A DNA stretch of 64,000 nt. It comes from Amoebophrya sp. A120. Lineage: Eukaryota > Protista > Dinoflagellata. Positions 49,556 to 59,445 of the stretch are shown piece after piece. The translations under genes and the position numbers were made by a program. The stretch spans positions 9,435,412 to 9,499,411 of the forward strand of contig CAJINV010000002.1 of the NCBI GenBank assembly GCA_905178155.1. Direction: 5' to 3'. The notes beneath the pieces were generated by a model that worked only from the letters and a program-made list of their open reading frames with translations, was not told the origin of the DNA and did not search any database. How positions within the stretch are numbered: the first letter of the stretch is position 1; the number at the start of each line of letters is the position of its first letter.

Positions 49556-52500
49556 TCTACAGACGGCGCTTCGAAGAAAAGTAGCTTGCTACACAAACTA
49601 CACAAAGTACGAAAACTATTCTTACGGCTGACGAAAACTCGATGTTATAATACGAATTATTCTCGATGTTTTGCAACTAAATTTTTAACGAAAACACCCC
49701 CCCAAAAGAACCCCCCACGAAAAGAACAACAGCTTGGCGATGATGCACCAACGACTACGAGTCAGTTTGAAAAAGATGAATGCGCGTTCGACATCAAGGC
49801 TGATATCTTCAATCAAAATTCATCATCATTAATCGATATGGATGATTTATTATTGAATCTCGATAAGAATGAAAATGATATTTGTACCAATGACGCAGCT
49901 GGTCCAGCGAGACAGCTGAAAGGAAAACGAAAACGAACAGAGCTGGAGCTTGCTGAACAGTTTGCAACTCCTGAGATGGCAAACCTGACGCAACAAGTCC
50001 AGGCTCTTGAGTCGACCGATCGCGAAATCGTAAAGATTTTATATCCTCGATCTCATGTTTCGGATGCGTCCAAAACCGAACGAGTTGAAAAATGCAATCT
50101 GTCAATAGATGCAGTATTTTCGATCGCAACAAAAGAAAGCGAGCAAAATCATTCGCCCGAGTACACAGCAAGAAAGCTAGCACACCTCTACAGCGTTCGC
50201 GAATCAGCATTGAGGAAGGTGCGCGAGGCGAACGATGCGTATCGGAATGAAAAGGACGAGCAGCACCGAAATCATGAAACAGCTTGCAACTGTGTCGATG
50301 ATGCAACTTGCGACAGTGGCGCAACAAGTCACATGTCGGGCCGACCAGAGATTTTCGAATCTTGGGACGAAAGTAACCCAGTGCGAATAACTGTAGCAGA
50401 CGGAAAAGAGTTGGATGGCCCTGGGTATTTTGGCACATTGAAACCAAACGCACTTGGTTGCAAACGTGCAATATTCCATCCATTCCTTCCACAGACCCTC
50501 CTCAGTGTCGAGCAACTTAAGAAAGAAGGACACAGGGTTGCTTTCGACGAAGGGGGCAACTACTTGCAACGTAGGAAAACAGGAGAGAGAACTTTTCTTC
50601 GCAAAGGGATCGGAACCAAGCTGCCAGCCGTGGCACTTGGGTTCAACGAAGATCCTGGCGAGCAAGGTTTGTTGTGCGAAGAGATCGAGACCGAGGCTAC
50701 CACGATGACAAAGGCTGAGAAAATGCTTCTTGATCATCAGCGTGCTGGACATCGTAGTCTACCTGGAATAGTAGTCCGATGCCCTGCCTGCGATCTCGCG
50801 AAAAGCAAAGGCGCGCAACATGCAAAAGTAAAGAAAGAATGCTACAAAGTTGAGAAATTCAATGACCAAGTTGATTTTGACTTCACTGGACCTTGGGAAC
50901 CTGACTACTGGTCGCAAAGATGGGCTTTGAATGCCATCGATCAAGCAACCAGCTGGCCTCGTTCTTTCATCTGCAAAAGCAAAGCAGAAGCAGGCGCGAA
51001 ACTGCAGGTCTGGATAAATGAAGAGGGACCACCGAAAAGAGTGAGATCCGACAACGCGAAAGAGTTCAAGGAACCAAATATCACTTGGAAAAAGACAGCA
51101 CAGAAACAGCCCCCGCCGATTCATACTGACTTTTCAGCCCCATATGAGCCGCAAGAGAGTGGGGAAGTTGAAAGATACAACCAAACTCACCAAAACGGAG
51201 TAAGAGCTATGATGGTCGGAGTTGATAAACGTATGTGGAATTATGCAGCTCGCACTTTCTCACACATATTCGCCCGAACCCCGACAGCCAAAGGAGGCGA
51301 GTCGCCATTTGAAAAACGCTTCAAAAGAAGACCTTCCATCAAGTACCTCCGACGGCTCGGATGCTTGGTCTACGCGAAGGATCACTCACAGAAGTCGAAG
51401 CTTGAAGACCGGTTTACCCGTGGAATCTTTCTGGGCTACGCTCAAGAATGAAAATTCTACATACCTGGTAGGCATGTGGTCTGCAGATGGTCGATGTAAG
51501 AAAAGCTCCAAAATCCGTTTCGGGGTTCACGAAGTGAAATGTTGCAAGTTTGATGAATCAGCGCTGGTCAGCAAAATAGATGATCTAAAGCCGGACGCTG
51601 ACAAGCTGATGATTGATTTTCCGAATCCGGCGCGTCTGGGTGATAGTTCGCAGCCCGTAGAGCCGAATGTGCCCGCTGCAGATCGCGATCAGAGCAGTCG
51701 TGGTCAGGACGCTCCGAGGGCCGATCGTTCGAAAGATGAAGAAGATGCGGACAAACGCAATTCTGATAATGCAAAGGATAACGTCGAAAATGACGAGGGC
51801 AAGAGTTTCGAAGGGGGTGAGCAACCTGAGGAAGGGGGTAAGGAAAAGCAAAACCCTAATCAGGTTTGGCTCGATATGTTTTCAGATGAGGCGCCTGAGA
51901 ACTCCCCGGAACAGAAAGCAAAAGCTGAGAATGGAAATCGGAAAAGGAAGTCTAATACAGTTGATGCCGATGCTGCAGACAATGAGACACAAGAAGCGCC
52001 TAGGATCCTCGTTGAAGGGCCTACACGAAAGAAACTTCGCAAGAAGGGCCGAGGCCAGGACAAAAAGAAGCGCAAAGAACACAACGACAAAGGCAAGAGT
52101 CGTGGTCCTCGAGCAAAGAAAAGACAAAGAGCCAATCTTGCGTCGTCGTCTGACTTACTGAAAGATCTACCAATGGAATTTGAAAAAGAAGCGGAGGCTA
52201 TATTCCAGATTCGTCATGAATTAGAGGAAGACGAAACTCCTTACCTCTTTGGCTTGCAGCACACTTGGGCCAAGTGTCTGGAAAGTCCTGACGCAATCAA
52301 ATGGATCGAGTCAGATACAAAAGAACGCCTAGCGCTAGAAGAAGCGAAAACGTGGAGGCATGCAACCGCAGAAGACATCAAAGAGATGGGCGATAAGTTA
52401 AAAACTATCCCGACGGTTTGCATCTACACGAAGAAAAGAGACGGACGCTACAAGTGTCGTCTAGTAGCACTAGGAAACAGGCAAAAGCTATCTCTACAAG

Positions 52501-53700
52501 GAGAAATATACAGCCCAACTGTGAGCCATGCCGCAAACAGGTATTTACTTGCTGAAGCAGCAGCACGCGGATGGAAAGTTAGAAAGTTCGATATTTCCAA
52601 TGCGTTTGCATGCGCGTGCAGCTCTAGGTGACGAGATCGCGTTGCGTCGCCTGCCCAAGCATAACGGCTGGAGCAAGAACAAAGAGAAAGGCGATGTTGC
52701 CAGGCTGTTAAAGTCGTTATACGGTCTGAAGATCAGCCCACGCCGCTGGTATGACGAATATGCTGGCAAACTCAAGAAGTTAGGCTGGGTCGTATCCGAA
52801 ACTCAAGAAGATCGACTGTATTTCCCCATGGTTACCAAATTCCCACGCAGACTTGGACTCGCCGTCGAGTTCCACACTTCCGATAAGATCGCTAGTTGGT
52901 GGAATGTTGTATATCAGTTGCGTTGCCCGGCCTGATATCGCATTCGCAGTACAGAAAGTAGCGACGCAGGTAGCTAGTCCAACCGACCAAACGGCAAAAG
53001 ATGCCAAGCGTATTCTAGCGCATTTGAAAGGAACCAAATCGCAAGGATTAGAATACAGCAAGCAGCAAGAAAAGAAGTTCAAAGAAATTTACACAAAAGC
53101 CACAGAGCTAGAAAACAAGGAATACAGAGACACCATTGCGCTCCGCGATGCAGATTTCGCTGGATGTTCTGTAAGTTTTCGATCCACGTCAGGCGCAATC
53201 TTATATCGACGCGGAGTTCCCATCTGTTGGAAGTCGGAACATCAATCGACTCGAGCTACGTCAACAATGGAAGCCGAGTATTGCGCGAGGTATGACTGCG
53301 TAAGGATGACTATGGGTCAAGGATATTTGAATTGGTTTTCAGAACAGGAGTCAGGATCTCTGCCGTTGATCTTCAACGATAACAAGTCCGCGCTTGCGTT
53401 GAGTCCGACAACCGTAGCCACGAAAAGATCCAAGCACATGAGTCTTCGACTACATCTGGCACGAGACTACGTAAAAGACTTGTGCTATATTAACACGGAT
53501 ATCAATCTAGCGGATGGATTGACGAAACCACTTCCAGGAGAGAAGTATACTCAAATCTTCAAAGCTCCTTCAAGAAAAGCTAATGAAGTATTTGCGAACG
53601 CCCATTTTGTCGATTTCAATAATCTCTGGGATTTATTGAGGCGAATTTCACAAGAATTCATCACATCAAAGATTTCTCGAGATGATTTCGTGTTCATTCG
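49556..53700 (+). pseudogene. pol: Copia pol (protease, integrase, RT, RNase H) with frameshifts near 51450 and 52620 and an internal RT deletion near 52810
   Basis: PR: CDSGATSHM. IN: H..AGH..C..C, DFDF, RSDNAKEF, GEVERYN. RT: YKCRLVALG, FDISNAF, LLKSLYGLK. RH: DADFAG, STSG, STMEAEY, DNKSA, NLADGLTK. The YVDD-containing segment is not found. Confidence 0.9.
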
Positions 53701-53710
53701 GAAGGGGGAA
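53700..53710 (+). promoter_or_regulatory. Polypurine tract (plus-strand primer)
   Basis: GGAAGGGGGAA directly abutting the 3' LTR. Confidence 0.85.
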
Positions 53711-54103
53711 TGTAGGTATGATCAAGAAACACGATGCAAATCGATCTTGACAACCAACCCGATATTGATATCGATTCAAGACCCGAAACCTCAAAATTGA
53801 AGTCACGATGTAAATCAAGATGAGTTGACGATGATTCAAAATGAGGTCTAACCGAAATCACGATGTAAGTTTGATGGTGACGATCAACGATTGTTGATCT
53901 GATTTTAGCGTATACTATGGCGATTCGAGACTGAATTTGAAGTACCCCAAAACTTGAATGTTTACCCGCAGGCTGTACGTTAGTACCATTCAGATTGATT
54001 GCAACTTGAAACGCCTTCCAACAGGGCCTATTAACACCTTGAATCAAAGATGACCAGTGTTCAAATCGCCCGCGTTTCTTGCGTTGTTGATTGTCTTCCG
54101 ACA
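53711..54103 (+). repeat. 3' LTR (393 bp)
   Basis: Matches the 5' LTR apart from a few substitutions and one replaced segment (net 19 bp). Confidence 0.95.
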
Positions 54104-54501
54104 TTTTGCAAATCAATATGAAGATCGACCGACCGCTCCATCGCTTGTGGCAGCAAAGAAAACTCAGATGCTTTTCCTAAATTTCCAAAAGAACTTTTAT
54201 TACTCTGATTGACACGGACACTCTTTATCATGTTTTCCTTTTCCATATGTATCGCCTTATCACAACATGTTGCAACAGACGAAAACCAGAGCTACGCATC
54301 AAAAAAACTCAACACGCAATGTCTTTGCTATGCTTCGCGGTTTTCGAAAATAAAGCCCACTCTTTATGTTTAGTGTCTGAAAAGCATTTTTTTTCAGGCT
54401 CTGGCACCCCCTCGAGCTAGGAATTGCGTGTTCTCAAAATCATACAAGGTGTCCCCAGACCACCAGGATCAGAGGCGATTCCAATTTTTTATGCAAAACA
54501 A

Positions 54502-54578
54502 TGCTCGTTATCGGAAGCAGATCTTGCTGCGCGATGACAACAGTGCTCGCTATCGGAAGCAGATCTTGCTGCGCGATG
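54502..54578. repeat. 42-bp tandem duplication
   Basis: TGCTCG(T/C)TATCGGAAGCAGATCTTGCTGCGCGATGA occurs twice. Confidence 0.85.
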
Positions 54579-54738
54579 ATCACGTTGAATATGCTTTGCG
54601 ATTCCAAAGCGGTGCTTTTTGTCATGGATTCCACAGAAAAAAGCCAGAAGAGTCCGGATATAAGAAATGGAGTAATACACTCAGAAGGAAGAAGGCCAGA
54701 ACGGGCGGGCCAGAAGACCTGAGGACATATCTGCGACC

Positions 54739-55685
54739 GGGCGGACCAGAAGGCCCAGGCGGGCGGGCCAATTTTGGCCCCGCGGGCGGAGCTTCCTCCG
54801 GTGCTAGTGCAACTCAAAACTGAAACCGGGCGGACCAGATTGGCCAGGCGGGCGGGCCAATTTTGGCCCCGCGGGCGGAGCTTCCCCCGGTGCTAGCGCA
54901 ACTCAAAACTGCGCCCGGGCGGACCAGAAGGCCCAGGCGGGCGGGCTAATTCTGGCCCCGCGGGCGGAGCTTCCCCCGGTGCTAGTGCAGCTCAAAACTG
55001 AAACCGGGCGGGCCAGATCGGCCGGGCGGGCGGGCCAATTTTTTTTGGCCCCGCGGGCGGAGTTCCCCTCGGTGCTAGTGCAGCTCAAAACTGAAACCGG
55101 GCGGACCAGATTGGCCAGGCGGGCGGGCCAATTTTGGCCCCGCGGGCGGACCTTCCCCCCGGTGCTAGCGCAGCCCAAAACTGCGCCCGGGCGGGCCAGA
55201 AGTCCAAGGCGGGCGGGCCAATTTTGGCCCCGCGGGCGGAGCTTCCCCCGGCGCTAATGCAGCTCAAAACTGAAACCGGGCGGACCAGATTGGCCAGGCG
55301 GGCGGGCCAATTTTGGCCCCGCGGGCGGACCTTCCCCCCGGTGCTAGCGCAGCCCAAAACTGCGCCCGGGCGGGCCAGAAGTCCAAGGCGGGCGGGCCAA
55401 TTTTGGCCCCGCGGGCGGAGCTTCCCCCGGCGCTAATGCAGCTCAAAACTGAAACCGGGCGGACCAGATTGGCCAGGCGGGCGGGCCAATTTTGGCCCCG
55501 CGGGCGGAGCGGCCCCCGGTGCTGGCGCAGCTCAAAACTACGCCCGGGCGGACCAGAAGGCCCAGGCGGGCGGGCCAATTTTGGCCCCGCGGGCGGAGCT
55601 TTCCCTGGTGCTGGTGCAACTCAAAACTGCGCCGGCCCGGGCGGACCAGAATGGCCAGGCGGGCGAGCCAATTTCGGTCCCGCGA
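54739..55685. repeat. GC-rich tandem satellite: 89-90-bp monomer, about 10.5 copies, A/B variants forming a 179-bp dimer
   Basis: Unit GGGCGGACCAGA...GGCGGGCGGGCCAATTTTGGCCCCGCGGGCGGAGCTTCCCCCGGTGCTAG.GCA.CTCAAAACTG. The ORF track recurs with a 179-bp period (55085/55264/55443). Confidence 0.95.
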
Positions 55686-55939
55686 ACAGCCCAGCCCACA
55701 GCGCTGCTGTGAGTAAAGTGCCTTGCTACACTGAGCGACCCCATACTTAAAACGCAGCGGCTCACTGGTTTCTGCCATGATCGCGCTCGCTAGGCGCCGC
55801 GCTGCGAAAACTCTAAAAAGACCGGAAGAAGTAAAGAAACAGAAACGCACCACTAGCCTAAATATAATTTTTCATTTGCCATCCATAAGATAAGTGCGAA
55901 ACAAGTCGATCAAGATAAAACCATGCTTGAATATATCCG

Positions 55940-58453
55940 TCAAAAGAGAAACTTTAGAAGTTTTGTCGACGACCTCCTACGTTGATTTGCCTCACGCGCG
56001 CTAATCTGCTTCATCGTATTCCCGTCTTCTACCTCGCTCTCCTCCACTGTGATATCCTCCAGAAACGCTCCGCCACCCACGGTTGCACTCCCCTGCTGAC
56101 TGAGTTCCTTCTGCGGCGAGCAGACCTTGACAAGCAGCTGCGACGTCTTTCGTGCGGCGGGAGCGAGCGTGCGTTTGTACAGCAACGGCACCAGCAAATC
56201 CCCCGTAAAGCTGACGACGAGAGTCAGAAAGGCGATAATGTATAGGCCGACCATGTGCCGCACCTGCATCTGCATGCCGTTATCGCCGCCACCCGCGGTG
56301 GCAGCCGCGGTGGTGTCTGTCCCCTCGCTCCAGGCGTCTAGGTCAGGGACGGTCTTATCACGGTACCGCTCGTGCAAGTAGAAAAAATCGCCCTGGTCGT
56401 ACAGCCGCGCGCTCAGGTAACTGTAGGAAAGGGCGATGTCCCGGCTGACCGGCGTCGCCACGCCCATGGGCAGAACGGGCGGCCCCACGACAATGAGATC
56501 GTGATCGACCAGAAACTTCTGAAAATCTTCCCGCGCGCGCACGTCGTGCTCCGGCAGCAGCACCCCGTCGCAGCGCCGCAACACCATGCCTTGCATGGTC
56601 TGCTTGCTCCCGGGAAACACGAGCAGCGACAAGGCGGGATGCACCGCGTGCACGGCCTTCGCCACGTGCGTGGCCACGCAGACCCGCCGGCAGGCGTCCT
56701 CCCCGTCGTAGATCGCCGGATCGCTCCTACCAGCCGCCGTGTTGTCCTCCACACTGTCCGCCAGCACTGACCCGGGCGCAAACCGGCCGCGCGCGTAGCA
56801 CTTCGTGATATCGGTCACGCCGCAGTGCCGTGTGTGCTCGAGCATCAGGTTGGAGGCCAGATTCGCCGTGTAGGAGGTGATCGTGACGAAAATGATACAG
56901 GCAAGCAGGTACTTCACCGTACGCCCCTTGAACGTCGTGCACTTGTGGGGCACGTCCAAGTCCAACACCAGCAGCCCATAAAGCGACAGGTAGACGGAGG
57001 TGCAGAGTGCAAAAAATGCAGTCTTGCGCCGTTCCGCGCTGCACCTTTCATATCCAAAACAGAGACGACCGAGAACCGTCTTCTCCGGGTCGTCGTGAGG
57101 AAGTTGCTTATATGCGTCGCTTGAAGGGCCGCCCGCACCTGGGGTTTGATTAGCAACCGACCCAGAGCTCTTATCCTGCGACGCCGTTCCGGCGTCGCTG
57201 CCGTTGCCGCGGACGTCGCAGTGGTGGTCCCGTCTCTCACTCTTGCTTTCCTCCTCAGCCCATATAATACTGCATTTTTGTTCTTCTTGCGGAAGAGTTG
57301 GTGTACAAACATCGTTTTTGTCTGCACAGTTTTGATGATGTTGAAGGTCTGGCTCACTGTGCTCCTCGGAAACGCAGGCCGGACCCTCAACGAGCACGAG
57401 CAGAAGCCCACCCCCCACGCAGATGAAAAATGTTGCCAACCACAGCGTGGGTGAGAAGGGCGAGAACACGCCGAACCATTGGGTCGGGTCCGACCAGAAG
57501 CTGCGCCTCTTGTACCGCCGCACGAGAAGGCGCTGGTCGCCGTTCAACAGAGGCTGTGTAAATGCGGTCATCGCGCGTCGGTTGTCCACCAACCAAGCCG
57601 CCGTGGGACACACGTCGATCACCCCCATCTGCACATCGTGAATGCACGCGTCCCAGGCCGATTTAAAGGTTTCCCGGGAAAACGCGGTCAGGCTGCTTCT
57701 AGATGTACTAGTTCCCGCACCGGTCGTGGACGCCGTTGCACGATTCGGCGCGAAGACCTGTGTCGTTCCTGCGTGCGTCACCTCCCGGAGCGAGAATCCG
57801 CCCTCGATCGAGATGGCGCGCAGATAATCCGCCATCAGTCCCGTCCAACGCCCCGTCGAGTCCCGCCAGTGCCAGGGCTTCGATTCGGCCGGAAACGCGA
57901 ACCGCAGGGTGCGGCCCTGGAGCCCGGTGGAAACCACGGTTTGGTGGAACGCCATGCCAAATTGGAGGCTGCCATCCGCAGTAAAGATTGAGTCGGTCTT
58001 CACGACAGCTGCAGAGGTAAATGACCCATCGTTTATCTCAGGAGAGGCCGCCGCGGCTAAGCAGGTGTCGTACGAGTAAACTCGGCCCTTGAAGTACTCA
58101 CTCGGGTAGCGGCTTACGCCTCGACAGGCGTCCGCATCGACGTAGCACCACGGCTGCGCGCACGAAGCCGCCACGGAAGACGTGGTGTGGTCACTCGTAC
58201 CAGGCAACCCAGTGCCGGAGGTGGTGCTGCTCGTACGGCAGTAGGGAGGCAGCTCCGCGTCCCAGGCGGTTCCACATTTTGCGCCGTAGGCCTGCGGATA
58301 CTTAAAGACACCCAGTGCCGTTGGCGCGAGCAGAAAGGTCCCCAGCAGATAACTGCCGCCCTCAAACAAACCTGAATTTGTGCCAGCTTCGGTCGTGGTA
58401 AGAACCTGAGTGAATCGCCCACCGACGCAAGGGCATAGGCTGGTGCCATTCAT
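55940..58453 (-). CDS. Ionotropic glutamate receptor-like (iGluR/GLR) ligand-gated channel with an N-terminal Cys-rich kringle-like module
   Basis: S1 ligand-binding segment (PW...WTGLMADYL, R...FTQP), M1 FSPFSPTLWL, M3 ITSYTANLASNL (SYTANLA gate motif), S2, and an M4 helix. N-terminal YGAKC..WD..YC..CAQPWCYVD..C..YSYDTC. The true start may lie further upstream. Confidence 0.88.
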   Translation of the reverse strand: MNGTSLCPCVGGRFTQVLTTTEAGTNSGLFEGGSYLLGTFLLAPTALGVFKYPQAYGAKCGTAWDAELPPYCRTSSTTSGTGLPGTSDHTTSSVAASCAQPWCYVDADACRGVSRYPSEYFKGRVYSYDTCLAAAASPEINDGSFTSAAVVKTDSIFTADGSLQFGMAFHQTVVSTGLQGRTLRFAFPAESKPWHWRDSTGRWTGLMADYLRAISIEGGFSLREVTHAGTTQVFAPNRATASTTGAGTSTSRSSLTAFSRETFKSAWDACIHDVQMGVIDVCPTAAWLVDNRRAMTAFTQPLLNGDQRLLVRRYKRRSFWSDPTQWFGVFSPFSPTLWLATFFICVGGGLLLVLVEGPACVSEEHSEPDLQHHQNCADKNDVCTPTLPQEEQKCSIIWAEEESKSERRDHHCDVRGNGSDAGTASQDKSSGSVANQTPGAGGPSSDAYKQLPHDDPEKTVLGRLCFGYERCSAERRKTAFFALCTSVYLSLYGLLVLDLDVPHKCTTFKGRTVKYLLACIIFVTITSYTANLASNLMLEHTRHCGVTDITKCYARGRFAPGSVLADSVEDNTAAGRSDPAIYDGEDACRRVCVATHVAKAVHAVHPALSLLVFPGSKQTMQGMVLRRCDGVLLPEHDVRAREDFQKFLVDHDLIVVGPPVLPMGVATPVSRDIALSYSYLSARLYDQGDFFYLHERYRDKTVPDLDAWSEGTDTTAAATAGGGDNGMQMQVRHMVGLYIIAFLTLVVSFTGDLLVPLLYKRTLAPAARKTSQLLVKVCSPQKELSQQGSATVGGGAFLEDITVEESEVEDGNTMKQISAREANQRRRSSTKLLKFLF

Positions 58454-59445
58454 TGCACAAGAATGAATTTGTTTCAGCGGCCCGAAGTAGTACGTAGGAC
58501 CTCAAATGACAGAAGTATCGTGCTATACACACGATGCTGCGACAAAAACTACGACGCAGTAGTAGTACTACAGTCTTGATCTGACCTCTTGTTGTTGACG
58601 TACGTTCATAGGACTTTCTTCAAAGCTGCTCTCTTCGGCAAGTACGACTCCGTATGTTTTCCCACTCAGAACCAGCAGCCTATGTCTCTTGGACCTCTCT
58701 AGATTTGGAATAGTACTAACACGAACGGCAGCTGCAAAAGCAAAGATGCGGAAGCTTTTAGAAAGGACAGAACGATGTGGACCTCCTATACAACACAAAT
58801 AGTTCAACGCAAACGAACCGTGCGGACCACGTCTGTGAAAGTTTCTTGATGTTTTCCATGTGTAGATGCAGGCGGTTTGGTCATGTTCATGCGTGTTCAT
58901 CCTCGGGGGAGCATGCAACTCTGACTAGACTCAGTGCAGAGTTCGAGCATGCAATGCCATCGAGGTTTCCTATGGGTGACGAGCGTTAGCAAGACCTCCT
59001 GAGACCCAGCTTTCTACAAACAAGGTCCAAGAAATATTTCTTGTTGTGAAGATAAATCGAAAATTGCATAGGTTTCTTTTATAATCGAGCTTTATTCTCT
59101 ATCTCCGAGAAAGGCCTTTCCTTTTACCTGGGGAGACTCACGAGAGCTATTAAGAACTTTTGGGTTGCGAAGAAAGAAATCACACTACACTATACGGGTA
59201 ACTCTGAGCATGTAAAAATGATTTGACAGAAATGACAATGTATCGGAAAAGAACATAGGTCGAACTTCGGGTGTCATGTGCCAAGAAAATACCGTCCTGC
59301 CACACGTCCAATGCGCAGGACTTGCTAGCGCGAAAAAGACTCTTTTCCGCAAGAGCAACATAGCACAAAGAAAAATCACTGTCACAAGGTCTACTTCTGC
59401 CATCGACTGAAAGCGAAGTCAAAATCGATAGGACCCGCAGCCCAT

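Larger units (their letters stand above)
47237..54103 (+). mobile_element. Ty1/copia LTR retrotransposon, structurally complete but coding-decayed
   Basis: Two TG...CA LTRs, 5-bp TSD TTTTG (47232-47236 and 54104-54108), a polypurine tract before the 3' LTR, and gag-PR-IN-RT-RH order. Confidence 0.97.

Noticed and set aside
54739-55685. CRISPR-like array or repeat-protein gene
   Set aside because: Contiguous tandem units with no unique spacers, no cas genes and a eukaryotic context; the 179-bp period is not a multiple of 3.
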